From IMG/VR virus record IMGVR_UViG_3300030330_001898, positions 1-64,000 of that record: a DNA stretch of 64,000 nt; one strand, written 5' to 3'. A program made the position numbers and the translations under genes. Origin of the DNA: an uncultured virus (IMG/VR IMGVR_UViG_3300030330_001898). Taxonomy: Duplodnaviria > Heunggongvirae > Uroviricota > Caudoviricetes. Shown piece after piece: positions 27,237 through 37,414 of the stretch. Each line of letters begins with the position of its first letter. Within the stretch, counting starts at the first letter, position 1. Below the pieces are notes generated by a model. That model saw only the letters and a program-made list of their open reading frames with translations. It had not been told where the DNA came from and ran no database searches.

Positions 27237-27514
27237 TATGTTATATCCCTATATTCTGGTCTACCTATTAATCTTTTAATTTCTTTTACATTGCCGTCAG
27301 CATCTTGTAAATCAACTGACTTTACTTCTAATATAGAATCTTTTAATCCATAAAATCTTTGGTCAGCAACTGTATTAAATTGAGTCGCTTCATCTAAAAC
27401 TAAAGTTCTTTGAGAAAACTCATCAGATGCTTGATTCAATAAATGAATTATTTCATTAGTGCCAAGTTCTGGATGATGTTTTTTAACTTGGTCTATCATC
27501 TGTTGCAACTTCAT
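27236..27514 (-). CDS. head-tail adaptor-like protein, N-terminal part
   Basis: MKLQQMIDQV...LNQA...TVADQRFYGL typical of adaptor N-termini. Confidence 0.55.
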   Translation of the reverse strand: MKLQQMIDQVKKHHPELGTNEIIHLLNQASDEFSQRTLVLDEATQFNTVADQRFYGLKDSILEVKSVDLQDADGNVKEIKRLIGRPEYRDIT

Positions 27515-28337
27515 TTCTTGCCTCCTGTCCCATATATAATGTTAAAAATGCTAATAAATCTTGTGTTACTTTAACATACTGACTTTCATACCATTGATAA
27601 GATTGAGTATCAGCACTTAAATCAACTTGATAATTTTGTAAATAGGTTTGTATTTGCTGCATCATTGTTTGTGCTAACTCTACATCTTCATCTGCTATAA
27701 AATCCATAGACATGTCAAAATATTTTATATAATCTCTTTTATGTGAATCTGTTGCAATATCACCTGCTTCTAAATCTGATGTTAATTCTGCAGCACCCGA
27801 TACATTAGGTTTACGTATTTGATTCATAATATATCTTAATAATTCTCTAGAGGCATATAATACAACACCTCTTTCTAATTCATCTGGAAAATTATCAATA
27901 AATGTATCACCTAAACCAACAGATGTATCTGGAGTTATATGCTTTACCAAAGCACTTTGTCCGCTAGCAGGAGTTGGTATAACATTTAAAGTGTCATTTG
28001 CTATAAAATACTTTGGATCTAACTTGCTAGTATAATAAATACTATTTACATCTGTATAGTCTCCAACATCTTCTGGTAATATTTCAGTTGCTTTTCTATC
28101 ACGTGAACCATCGTTTCTAGTAACACTTACAATCTGTAGTACTGATGCAGTACTCATAGTTGTAGGTGAATTATTTAATGTTGTAGAACTTGTTAAGCGA
28201 TTTGCTATTTCTGGTAAGTTCATTAAACTTTTTGTAATAAACTTAACACCTTCTACTAAATATAGTTCAGCCTCTGATGTATAATTTGGACTATCTATAT
28301 CACCAACTATTGCTTCTATCTGTGTTTTAAAACTCAT
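27483..28337 (-). CDS. head-tail adaptor/ring protein
   Basis: PKYFI...LNVIPTP...FPDELERGVVLYA; located downstream of the capsid gene. Confidence 0.55.
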   Translation of the reverse strand: MSFKTQIEAIVGDIDSPNYTSEAELYLVEGVKFITKSLMNLPEIANRLTSSTTLNNSPTTMSTASVLQIVSVTRNDGSRDRKATEILPEDVGDYTDVNSIYYTSKLDPKYFIANDTLNVIPTPASGQSALVKHITPDTSVGLGDTFIDNFPDELERGVVLYASRELLRYIMNQIRKPNVSGAAELTSDLEAGDIATDSHKRDYIKYFDMSMDFIADEDVELAQTMMQQIQTYLQNYQVDLSADTQSYQWYESQYVKVTQDLLAFLTLYMGQEARNEVATDDRPS

Positions 28338-28339
28338 TA

Positions 28340-28882
28340 TTAACCCTTAACTTTTGGTTTTCTTTGTTTTAAAATTGCCTTTTCAAACTGTCCCATTTTC
28401 CTTAAATCTCCTACACTCATTTTATTCATATGTTGTTCCATTTGAGTCATATTCATACTAGGAGTTTCTCCACCTCTACCAACATTAGATTTTGGATCTC
28501 TAAATGATTTTCTACCTATAATACCTTTACCTCTTTCAATTACATCTCTTGCACCTTCATCTCCCATTGCAGGTCTTCTAATAGGAAAATTATATTCCGT
28601 TTTTGTCATAGGTGAAGACTCTCTCATTAATTTTTCTTTTTGTGATAAATTTTGAAAACTATGTTGTCCACTTCTTTTAAATTGTTCTACTCTTCTTCCT
28701 GCTTTATAAGCATTAATAGATCCTGCAATAAAATTTTTAGCTCCCGTAATAACATTAGCAACAGGTTTAAGTCTAGGAGTTCCTACAACCAAAGCAGTTT
28801 TTCCTAAATTTGTAAGTAAAGTTCTAGCATCTGATAAATTCTTTAACTGTATCTTTTTTATTGGTTTATTATTTTTAATCAT
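28340..28882 (-). CDS. basic hypothetical protein
   Basis: Open frame between capsid and adaptor genes. Confidence 0.5.
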   Translation of the reverse strand: MIKNNKPIKKIQLKNLSDARTLLTNLGKTALVVGTPRLKPVANVITGAKNFIAGSINAYKAGRRVEQFKRSGQHSFQNLSQKEKLMRESSPMTKTEYNFPIRRPAMGDEGARDVIERGKGIIGRKSFRDPKSNVGRGGETPSMNMTQMEQHMNKMSVGDLRKMGQFEKAILKQRKPKVKG

Positions 28883-28901
28883 CTCTATCTCTCTCTTTTA
28901 A

Positions 28902-28925
28902 GGGGGAGTATATTTCAACTCCCCC
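28902..28925 (-). terminator. hairpin downstream of the major capsid gene
   Basis: GGGGGAGT-N8-ACTCCCCC, 8 nt after the MCP stop. Confidence 0.6.
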
Positions 28926-28932
28926 ATTTATA

Positions 28933-30375
28933 TTATGAACTAAACTGTAATACAGTGTGTGTTTCAGGAAGTTGAATTTCAAGACCTGCTTCTGTAAGAA
29001 TCATGTCTTTTCTTCCATCAACGTCACGACTTTGAACATTAGTAATAATTTGAGTATCTCTTGATACGCCATTACCAACTAATGGTCTGTAAGCTACATT
29101 GTTTAGATCAATCATAATTGCTGTATTTTCATACGGCCCTCTAAATAGAGGTTCCATTACAAGGTTTAAATTACCATATAATGTTGATATTCTAGTTACT
29201 AAGTGACCAAATTCACCTTGTACATTTTGAATATCCATACCACTACCAACCTGTGAGTTCAACGCCATAGTATTACCTAGGAATGAAGAACCACCAAGTT
29301 TGTTGAAGTATGACATAACTTTTCTAGATGCTAGAACAAGTTTCTCTCCACTGTTTCCAGATTCTGGTGAGAATACATCTTCCATTGCATCAATAAAAGT
29401 ATCGTATGAAGCTGAACTATAACTAAATGTTTTGACTTTACCAAAACGTTCAGTGTAAGGTACAATACCATGTGTTCTACGAACTGGACCAGTTGCTGTT
29501 GAGTCATCTGTTCCAATACCAAATAACATAGCGTGCTCAAGATCCATCTTATGTTCCATAAGTTTTTCTTGATATACTCTCATGTATTCGTTGTTCACTC
29601 CACGATATCTTGTTGCAAGAGCTGTACCAGAGAATAGAGGTACTGAAGTCTTAAAGATCTGACAGTATCCTTCTCTGTTGTAGAACTCATCGTGCCAAGA
29701 TTCTGGATCTTCAGAACCTTCAGCAAAAGCTGAACCAATTACTTGACCGTCTGCATCTGCTCTAAAAATAAGTTTAGAACCTGAAGCAATTGGTGTAATA
29801 GTTCCAGCGTTAGTTGCTGTAGCTCCATTAGAACCAGTTGGTTTATATGCTACATAAATAAACTCTAAAGTTAATCTTGCAGCTGCTGCATCTGAACTTA
29901 AGTCAGGTGCTGCTGTGATTTTATAATATGCTATTGCAGCAGTTTCACTGCCAACTCCAGCATCTGAACCGTTAGCATCGTATTCACATTCGATTGCTAC
30001 GATTTGATTTTCCAACAAGAAGTTCGGCTGAACTGCTGTTGAAACCTCTCTACCAAATTTGTCATATAAAACATCTACGTCAAATCCAGCACCTGCAGCA
30101 AAATTCCAGTTAGCATCAGAACCTGAATGTGCTGATGTTGTTTTTGCTACTTGTACTTGGAAGTTACGTCTTTGATATTGATGTCTTTGCTCTAAGAATT
30201 TAAATACAGGGTCGTCTGTAGGCACCTTAGATACGTTTGACAAATATGTGAAGAAAGGCGATTGTTGAGGAGCTAACTCAGCTACTCTCTCACCAAAGTT
30301 GAAGATTCGTCTATCAACATTGATGGAAGTACCCTGAACTGCTTCTCCTGGTGTCATGCTATATACATTTGCCAT
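28933..30375 (-). CDS. major capsid protein (DUF5309/SU10-like HK97 fold)
   Basis: SPFFTYL, CQIFKTS, EHKMDLEHAMLFG, ILTEAGLEI motifs; follows portal and scaffold. Confidence 0.85.
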   Translation of the reverse strand: MANVYSMTPGEAVQGTSINVDRRIFNFGERVAELAPQQSPFFTYLSNVSKVPTDDPVFKFLEQRHQYQRRNFQVQVAKTTSAHSGSDANWNFAAGAGFDVDVLYDKFGREVSTAVQPNFLLENQIVAIECEYDANGSDAGVGSETAAIAYYKITAAPDLSSDAAAARLTLEFIYVAYKPTGSNGATATNAGTITPIASGSKLIFRADADGQVIGSAFAEGSEDPESWHDEFYNREGYCQIFKTSVPLFSGTALATRYRGVNNEYMRVYQEKLMEHKMDLEHAMLFGIGTDDSTATGPVRRTHGIVPYTERFGKVKTFSYSSASYDTFIDAMEDVFSPESGNSGEKLVLASRKVMSYFNKLGGSSFLGNTMALNSQVGSGMDIQNVQGEFGHLVTRISTLYGNLNLVMEPLFRGPYENTAIMIDLNNVAYRPLVGNGVSRDTQIITNVQSRDVDGRKDMILTEAGLEIQLPETHTVLQFSS

Positions 30376-30392
30376 CTTAATCTCTCCTTAAA

Positions 30393-31298
30393 TTAATTTC
30401 CAAACGGATTCTTTTTCTTGTAATTACCAATCATAGAATCCATCATTCTATCTTCCACACTTTTTGATGACTGCACATTAGCACCTGGCTGTACACCTAT
30501 TGGCGTAGGTATACTTAATTTTTCCTGTCTTTGAGTCATTATGTTAGATTTTAATTGAGCTTCTGGTGTTACTTGTTGTACAACCTGCTGAGGAGCCTGT
30601 TGTTCTAAAGTACCAGTGTTCAATTTATGTAATTTAACTAAATTATCTAAAGACAATGAATCTGGACTACTCATATTATTTATAAACTGATCTGCTTCTT
30701 GAGGACTAAATCCATAATCACTTTGCAACTGAGAAGAAACCTGTTGATTTCTAACAACTACTCTTTGTTCAGCCTCTTGAAGTTGAAGTTGTCTAGTTTG
30801 TTTTTCTTCAATATCAGTCATATAGTTTGTTAAGTTTTCCATATACTGTTCCTGTTTTGCCAGATATTTACCTGACGCACTTTCAGGATCAGCCAGTGCC
30901 TCAGAATGATCATAGTCAGCAGGCTTCGAAGGTTTAACAGGTCTTTCTATTTGAGCTATTTCCTCTCTAGGCTCTTCTGCAGGTGTAGATGTTTGAGCTT
31001 TCATTAGCTCTGTAACTTGTGATTTCAATAAATCTACTTCAGCTGCACGTTTATCTGCTTGACTTTGCCAGTATTTATAACTGTCAACATCACTCTTTGG
31101 ATCTTCTACACTTTGAACATCGGAAGGTTCACTTTCAATGGATGTCTCTGGTTCTGATTCAACTTTTGCAACAAACTGATCAGTATTTGGTTGACCAAAA
31201 ATGTCATTAAAAATATCTTCTTGTGTGGTAGGTTCAGTTGCAGTCTGACTTTCTACCTGTTGTTCTTGCGTATTGTCCATATTTTTTTCTTCTTGCAT
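30393..31298 (-). CDS. capsid scaffolding protein
   Basis: Acidic N-terminus, YWQSQADK coiled coil; lies between portal and MCP. Confidence 0.75.
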   Translation of the reverse strand: MQEEKNMDNTQEQQVESQTATEPTTQEDIFNDIFGQPNTDQFVAKVESEPETSIESEPSDVQSVEDPKSDVDSYKYWQSQADKRAAEVDLLKSQVTELMKAQTSTPAEEPREEIAQIERPVKPSKPADYDHSEALADPESASGKYLAKQEQYMENLTNYMTDIEEKQTRQLQLQEAEQRVVVRNQQVSSQLQSDYGFSPQEADQFINNMSSPDSLSLDNLVKLHKLNTGTLEQQAPQQVVQQVTPEAQLKSNIMTQRQEKLSIPTPIGVQPGANVQSSKSVEDRMMDSMIGNYKKKNPFGN

Positions 31299-31312
31299 AT
31301 TTTCTCCTTACT

Positions 31313-33643
31313 CTAACTCTCCATCTCCTCAGGTAGTATATCGAAAACATTTTCTTCTTCCATGTTATCTACTTCCTCAGGTGCAACGGAGTTTATCAGA
31401 TTTGATTTTGCATCATTAAGTCTAGCTTTATATAAGCTAGCTGCCATATCAGCACGATTAGATATTTTATCTAAGTCCCCACTGAATTTTTCCACCTCTA
31501 AACGTTTCTTAGCATGTACTTCTTCACGTTCAGCGGTTTGAAGATCTCCACGAGTCTTCTTTAATTCTTGTTGTAACATCTGTATTTGTTGTGCCATTTG
31601 TTGTATTTGTCCAGAACGTTGCATTACTCCTTCAATATCTACAAGTTCTGTCTTCTTCAATACTTCTGTTTGATCTATTAATCCCATTTGGAACATTTGC
31701 ATATATGTATTTAATAGTGCCATTCTATTTGTAGGTAATGTAGAGCCAGATACAACAACTAAATCATATCTTCCTACACCCACATCATGAAACTTAACTA
31801 CTGTACCATCTTCCATTTCTTTAAATACATTAATCATTTCTTCTTTCTCTAAACCGTTAGGTTGTATTAAACGTATAACTTTTTCTTCTGTATATATTTG
31901 TTGAATCAAAGGTATAGCAACTTTAGCACATTGATTTAAAAATTTTTCTATATCATCTCTTCTTGATTTAATTCTACGCTGACCAAATTCATCTACTACT
32001 AATGTTCCTCTATATGTTGATGGTGCACTTTTACCACTACCCTGCATCAATTCAAAAATACCAAAGCCGTATTCTAAATCATATTTAGCATCAGCTTCAT
32101 TTTTATACAGTTCATTTGGTAGTGGGACTGGGCCAGCAACAATCGGTGCACCTAACTCAGCATCGAACTCAATAACGCTAGTACCAGCTTTACTCCATTC
32201 TTGTTCTATCTGATTAAGATCAGCAGAGCCTCTTGGTATTAAAAGTTTAACGTTAGTACTAGTACTAGCATGAGCTATAATTAATGAACGTATTTTATTT
32301 ATATATTCTTGTAAAGGTCTATATAACCTAACATCAGATTCTGGATATGGATTACGATGATGCACATTCATTAATGGAATAATAGGGTAATCTTCTGTTG
32401 GTAGCATTCTTTTGTATAGTAAATGATCTCCAACACTAACAACTAACTCAATACATGCTTTTTGTATTGCATTAGCATTTATTTGTTCCATACCAATTAA
32501 TTCTTCTACAGAAACAGGTATTAACGTAGTTGTACTGCCTGGTATACCATCTTCATCTTCTCTACCGTTTACCCTCACTGGAGGTTTAGGTATAATTCTA
32601 CCATCAGGACCTATTTCTGGATCTGGTAATTCAAAATGAAATACTCCACCTGTTTCTATTAATATGTCATAAAGTTGAGATACAGACTCATCTTCAAACA
32701 CAATTACTTCTTCTCCTGTAATTTTTCTTACCTTAATATAACTTTTGCTTAAATACTTGCTATATTCTGATGGTGTAAACAAAAACTCTCTTTGAGAAAA
32801 AGGTTCATAAATATTAAAATAAGGCATAATTGTTTTTGTATAACGTTCTGTATACTTTCTTTTATTGTGTATTGTAGTATCATCGTCACCAAAAAACATT
32901 TGCCCTTCTGTTGCTGCCAGATTTGTTACAGGATAATCATCATCGTTATCAGGTTCTGGATTTGATTGCTCTATAATATCCATATAGTCAGGATATACTA
33001 ACTCTGCATATTCATCTGTCATGTACTTACATACTAAAATATGTGCAGCATCTCTAGCGTATATATCTTTTGAGTTAGGATCTATGTAAACATCTAAAGG
33101 GTTTATTGATTTTAAACAAACTTCTCCTTTACCTAAGTCAGCTTGAGGATCTTGAAACACCTGCATAACTCCCATACCACCAACATAATAATCATCTATA
33201 ATTCTTTTCAACTCTTCATCACCACTAGATGTCTGCCATATGTATTGAAATAAATCAGAAAATACTTTTGCAGTATCTCTATCTGAATCTTCTCTAGCTG
33301 TTGCTCTAAATTGTGGTGAATTGTAGGTAAGTAAAGATTTTGCTGTTTCTACAATAGGATGAATACGATTTACTACGATTGGTGCTTGACCACGAGACTC
33401 TAGTACTTCTTGTTCTTCGTTAGTCCATTGAGCTCCAGCTCTAAACTCTAATGATTCTTGAAATTTTTGTGCCCAAAGTTCTCTTGAACTTTTATATTCT
33501 GTAAATATCTCTCTTGTTAACTCTACTTCTTCAGGAATAGTATATGCATCTATTCGTCCATTATCAAAACCAAAAACAGTTTTATTGTCTTTCTTGTTTT
33601 GTTTTCTTGTCCTTGATGTCTTCTTTTGTATTGTTTTTGGCAA
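31313..33643 (-). CDS. portal protein (P22-like)
   Basis: GAQW...GQAPIVVNRIHP, PLDVYIDP, YRPLQEYINK motifs; C-terminal coiled barrel. Confidence 0.9.
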   Translation of the reverse strand: MPKTIQKKTSRTRKQNKKDNKTVFGFDNGRIDAYTIPEEVELTREIFTEYKSSRELWAQKFQESLEFRAGAQWTNEEQEVLESRGQAPIVVNRIHPIVETAKSLLTYNSPQFRATAREDSDRDTAKVFSDLFQYIWQTSSGDEELKRIIDDYYVGGMGVMQVFQDPQADLGKGEVCLKSINPLDVYIDPNSKDIYARDAAHILVCKYMTDEYAELVYPDYMDIIEQSNPEPDNDDDYPVTNLAATEGQMFFGDDDTTIHNKRKYTERYTKTIMPYFNIYEPFSQREFLFTPSEYSKYLSKSYIKVRKITGEEVIVFEDESVSQLYDILIETGGVFHFELPDPEIGPDGRIIPKPPVRVNGREDEDGIPGSTTTLIPVSVEELIGMEQINANAIQKACIELVVSVGDHLLYKRMLPTEDYPIIPLMNVHHRNPYPESDVRLYRPLQEYINKIRSLIIAHASTSTNVKLLIPRGSADLNQIEQEWSKAGTSVIEFDAELGAPIVAGPVPLPNELYKNEADAKYDLEYGFGIFELMQGSGKSAPSTYRGTLVVDEFGQRRIKSRRDDIEKFLNQCAKVAIPLIQQIYTEEKVIRLIQPNGLEKEEMINVFKEMEDGTVVKFHDVGVGRYDLVVVSGSTLPTNRMALLNTYMQMFQMGLIDQTEVLKKTELVDIEGVMQRSGQIQQMAQQIQMLQQELKKTRGDLQTAEREEVHAKKRLEVEKFSGDLDKISNRADMAASLYKARLNDAKSNLINSVAPEEVDNMEEENVFDILPEEMES

Positions 33644-33752
33644 CTTTTACCTCAATGTATCCCTTTGGAATTTTTACTTGCAAATTAGATAAAATATCCT
33701 TAAGATCTAGCTTATACTTATCTTTGTCGTAATCCATTTAAATTTTATCAGT

Positions 33753-33782
33753 AATTTAATATCAATTAGATTTACTTGTCAA
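33753..33782 (-). promoter_or_regulatory. sigma70-like promoter upstream of the portal operon
   Basis: TTGACA-N18-TAAATT just after the terL stop. Confidence 0.5.
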
Positions 33783-33789
33783 GTCTTTT

Positions 33790-35274
33790 TTACAAAGTTT
33801 TCCAACTTTTTCTAGGACCCAATAAATACGTTTCTTCTTCAAGATATAAACTTTCAGATGTATGTGCAGGTTTATAACAATTCTTATTAGCATAATAGAA
33901 TCCATCTAACAAATCATCATGCTTGCCTCTAGGGTAAAGAGTTAGCTCATCTACTAAAGCCTGCATTTCTTTTTTTATAAATACTTTTTTATTAGCAAAT
34001 ATAGGTTGCAGACTCTCTAATCTGTAAGATTTTCTAGTTCTAGGGTTCTCTTTAATCTCTAAACCTGGTATAAACATACCCATCTCTTCTGCTTTCTCTT
34101 TAATGTATTGACGTAACATTTCCTGATAACCTACAGATTCTATTCTAGTCTTTGAACTTTTGTAAGTTTTAAAGTTGTGTATAATAGCATCAGCTAAATC
34201 TAAAGGTGTTGCTCTCTTTCTATAATATGGTAATACCCAGCGATTATTATCGGAATCAATAGCAATATTAAATATAACACTATAGTCTGCTCCTTTCTTA
34301 GTACTAGATGCGGGATCGACACCAGTAAACACGTTTACAGGTCGAATATCCTGTACTTCCTCACCATTTACGTTCGTCAGCACAAGATTCGACAATCCCT
34401 GCTGATCTTGCTCTATATATCCATCATAGTAACAAATATCCTCTGCACGAAACAAATTATCTTCATCTCCTACAATTTGACAAAGATATTCTCTATAAAA
34501 CACAGATAATCTGTTAATACTGTCTAATTCTTCTTTCTTTTCTTTTAATTTGTCTATGGGCCATACTTCAGGCCATAAGGCTTGACCACTCTCTAGGTCA
34601 GGGCTAAACTGTAAATTTTTCCAACCTTTCATGTCCTTTAACGTCTCAACCATACATCTTTCATGTTGAGGAGTACCAATAACACATATCCTCCCACGGA
34701 TTGGGTCCAAGGATGGAACACCAGATTGTAAAAGCCAACGTAAGTTATATTCCATAGCTTCTGAAGTTTTTGTATTAACTTCGTCTTCTGGATCATCCAG
34801 TATAAGTAAAGTTGGTCTTTGATTCCCATGTTTGATTCCCCTAATTTGCTGTCCTGTTCCTTTGCATATAATAATGCTTCCATCCTTTAGTTCTATTTCT
34901 GTATTTGTCCACTTCCTTGCCGAGTTCTGCCCCCAGTATCCAAAAAAATATCTAAACTCTTGAGAATAGTCTAATACATCTTTTATAGTTCCCATTAACT
35001 TTGTAGCATGTGATTGTGTTCTAGATACAAGTACAATTACCTTTACACCCTTATCCATCATCAAATGCCACAAAGGGTATACACCTGCAACAATAGAAGA
35101 CTTAGCATGTCCACGAGGTGCAATAATATTTATTTGTTTATGATCACTTTTTAGTTCTTTTACAATATCATAGTGAAATCCTGGTGAGTTCTCACTAAAC
35201 ATATTAGGCATAACCATACGACCAAATAACAACATATCTTGTTGCATTTCTAATAAAATTTTCTTTTTATCCAT
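33790..35274 (-). CDS. terL: terminase large subunit
   Basis: Walker A APRGHAKS, Walker B LLILDDPE, nuclease GVDPA and HDDLLD motifs. Confidence 0.95.
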   Translation of the reverse strand: MDKKKILLEMQQDMLLFGRMVMPNMFSENSPGFHYDIVKELKSDHKQINIIAPRGHAKSSIVAGVYPLWHLMMDKGVKVIVLVSRTQSHATKLMGTIKDVLDYSQEFRYFFGYWGQNSARKWTNTEIELKDGSIIICKGTGQQIRGIKHGNQRPTLLILDDPEDEVNTKTSEAMEYNLRWLLQSGVPSLDPIRGRICVIGTPQHERCMVETLKDMKGWKNLQFSPDLESGQALWPEVWPIDKLKEKKEELDSINRLSVFYREYLCQIVGDEDNLFRAEDICYYDGYIEQDQQGLSNLVLTNVNGEEVQDIRPVNVFTGVDPASSTKKGADYSVIFNIAIDSDNNRWVLPYYRKRATPLDLADAIIHNFKTYKSSKTRIESVGYQEMLRQYIKEKAEEMGMFIPGLEIKENPRTRKSYRLESLQPIFANKKVFIKKEMQALVDELTLYPRGKHDDLLDGFYYANKNCYKPAHTSESLYLEEETYLLGPRKSWKTL

Positions 35275-35367
35275 TAATCTTTTATAACTAAAGTAAGTTT
35301 AAAATCTTTTGCTACTTCTGCAAGTACAGTAAGAAACAGTGTCATATCATCTTTCTTACCTTTTAAC

Positions 35368-36135
35368 TTAATCGTTTTCTTCATCTAACATTCTCGTTTG
35401 TGTTGCTTTTAACTTTTTGGTTTGTTTATCATACGTATCAGCTATTTGATGAGACATATCCATTTCTATAGATTCTGTAACCTGTTTATTCTTAGGCTGC
35501 ATATCTAAAAATACAGACAACTCCTTAGCTGCACGTATCATATTAGCTGCATCTTCTTTTACTTTAGCTACATCTACTGCATCTTTCATCACATCTAATA
35601 CATAACCTTCGTCAATTTCTTTTTCAACTAGTATTTCTTTTAGCTTATCAGCCATAATCTTCTTAACCTCTTTAGTTTTTAGTAATTTCTTTACAGCAAG
35701 TCCTGGATTTTTTTGATCAGGCCTGTAAATCGTACCTATTTTCTCCATATCTGGTGTTTGACCTGCCATTTTATAAGCTAAAAACGCATCTATTGCTAAA
35801 TCTGCCCTATCTCTAGTAGATTCTAGCTCTGCATAGCTCTTTGTAGACACATTACTGTAGTTTTTACTGTAATAGTGAGGCTCAAACTCTAATTTACCAG
35901 TCTTTGATACCCATTGTCTACCATATGGAAACACCATTTCAACATTTGTACCGTAAATGTTACGCTGTAAACACTCAGCCACATAATCATCATCACTAAT
36001 TCCCCAATCACCTGGAGTACACTTGTTCCAATATTTATATTTCTTGCCAGTTTCCTTAAATTCTTCCAGAGGATAGATATAATAGTCTTCCTCTTCAAAG
36101 TTATTTGCCTTCAGTCTTCTTGTTATCTTTATCAT
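35368..36135 (-). CDS. putative terminase small subunit
   Basis: Upstream of terL; C-terminal helical region VLDVMKDAV...IRAAKEL. Confidence 0.55.
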   Translation of the reverse strand: MIKITRRLKANNFEEEDYYIYPLEEFKETGKKYKYWNKCTPGDWGISDDDYVAECLQRNIYGTNVEMVFPYGRQWVSKTGKLEFEPHYYSKNYSNVSTKSYAELESTRDRADLAIDAFLAYKMAGQTPDMEKIGTIYRPDQKNPGLAVKKLLKTKEVKKIMADKLKEILVEKEIDEGYVLDVMKDAVDVAKVKEDAANMIRAAKELSVFLDMQPKNKQVTESIEMDMSHQIADTYDKQTKKLKATQTRMLDEEND

Positions 36136-36328
36136 CTAACGGATATTTTTTTTCTAAAAATTTTATAAAGTCTTCTTTATCACCTTTCATGTCCATATAT
36201 TCATCTAGGGCCTTATCACCGTTGTAAATCTGTAACTTCAACTGTTCTATCTGAACCATTAAGGCTCCAATCATACCTGCCATTTCTTTAATAGTAGGTT
36301 TTTTAGTACTTTTTTTACCTGTGATCAT
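36101..36328 (-). CDS. hypothetical protein
   Basis: Coupled to the next gene; GAGG SD upstream. Confidence 0.6.
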   Translation of the reverse strand: MITGKKSTKKPTIKEMAGMIGALMVQIEQLKLQIYNGDKALDEYMDMKGDKEDFIKFLEKKYPLDDKDNKKTEGK

Positions 36329-36335
36329 TTTTTAC

Positions 36336-36364
36336 TTGACATCCTCATTTTTCGTTAGTATACT
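36336..36364 (+). promoter_or_regulatory. near-consensus sigma70 promoter pointing toward the early module
   Basis: TTGACA-N17-TATACT. Confidence 0.6.
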
Positions 36365-36367
36365 TTA

Positions 36368-36414
36368 AGTAATACTTAGCAACTTACTTGCGTATTTATA
36401 CTATAAGTATTACT
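36368..36414. repeat. perfect 11-bp inverted repeat (operator or hairpin)
   Basis: AGTAATACTTA (36368-36378) ... TAAGTATTACT (36404-36414). Confidence 0.55.
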
Positions 36415-36625
36415 AGTTCAAATCTCTAAATATTGTAACTCCCATCTGCATTGCTTCAAATACAAAATCTATTTCAGCCTGAGCATAATGCTGCATTTTA
36501 ATTTGAATATGTTCTTCATTATCTGGATCAAATGAAACTTTTATCCAACAATCCTGGTCATGATCAAATTTTTGTAGCTTACCTTGCATAACCATTTCAA
36601 ATAACATCTTCTTCGGAATCTTCAT
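36413..36625 (-). CDS. hypothetical protein, probably leaderless (70 aa; ATG at 36625)
   Basis: ATG lies 7 nt downstream of a -10 box; no SD. Confidence 0.55.
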   Translation of the reverse strand: MKIPKKMLFEMVMQGKLQKFDHDQDCWIKVSFDPDNEEHIQIKMQHYAQAEIDFVFEAMQMGVTIFRDLN

Positions 36626-36632
36626 AATAAAA

Positions 36633-36661
36633 AATTTACAACTCATTTTTAAAAAATGCAA
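36633..36661 (-). promoter_or_regulatory. sigma70-like promoter at the head of the late operon
   Basis: TTGCAT-N17-TAAATT. Confidence 0.5.
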
Positions 36662-36792
36662 CTAGAATGTGTGTGGGTCTTATATATAGTGCCCACCTAC
36701 CTTTTTGCTTATATTTTCTTATAAGTTTGGTTGAGTTTTGTCAATCAATTAGTTAAAAAACATCGTCTTATTGGCGAGAAAGTGAGTTAATA

Positions 36793-37206
36793 ATGAATAC
36801 AGAAGTAATGACAGCGGAACAACTACAAGCAAGATTCTTAAAACATCTTATAGATACTGATAATCCTTGTAGTGTTAGTCTATTTAAGACTAATAAAGGT
36901 GTTAATGAAAAAGATGAATTGGCTAAGAAAGGCGACACAGTCGTTAAGGCTATTGTTAAAGTTGATGATAATTCTTTCGATTTGTCTAAGAAAGTTAATG
37001 GTAAATATGTTCATATGCTTGCCTTAATGGAATATATGTCAACTGATGATAAATTTCAGAATCTTGTAGAAACGCAAGGTATGAAGTTAAAAGACAGTAT
37101 TGAAAACATTAACTATACTGATAGTTCGATCTCTAATTATGGTAAGGACGCTAATAAACCAAAAGACTTGGTTTGTTTAACATTTAGCAGTGCTTATTCA
37201 TTCTAA
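36793..37206 (+). CDS. hypothetical early protein
   Basis: First + strand ORF; followed by a terminator. Confidence 0.7.
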   Translation: MNTEVMTAEQLQARFLKHLIDTDNPCSVSLFKTNKGVNEKDELAKKGDTVVKAIVKVDDNSFDLSKKVNGKYVHMLALMEYMSTDDKFQNLVETQGMKLKDSIENINYTDSSISNYGKDANKPKDLVCLTFSSAYSF

Positions 37207-37213
37207 TATTGTT

Positions 37214-37249
37214 AAGGGCATTTACTTGTTGTAGGTGCCCTTTTCTCTT
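37214..37249 (+). terminator. rho-independent terminator
   Basis: AAGGGCATTTAC-TTGTT-GTAGGTGCCCTT followed by TTCTCTT. Confidence 0.7.
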
Positions 37250-37252
37250 GTA

Positions 37253-37371
37253 TATTATATACCCTACAATACAATAATTGAATGAAAGCGACATATCGTT
37301 GTCGCACTCTCTCTTTTTCTGAGAACCATTCAATACGACTTATAGTTCGTATTATATACCATTCAATACAA
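37253..37371 (+). repeat. 22-bp imperfect direct repeats with interleaved hairpins
   Basis: TATTATATACCCTACAATACAA (37253-37274) and TATTATATACCATTCAATACAA (37350-37371); partial copy at 37325-37336. Confidence 0.65.
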
Positions 37372-37414
37372 CAGATCGAAGCAATATAACATATGAAAGG
37401 AGTAACTATATGAG

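Noticed and set aside
37253..37371. Possible mini CRISPR array
   Set aside because: Only two full 22-bp copies with a 75-bp gap, not regular repeat-spacer units; no cas genes.
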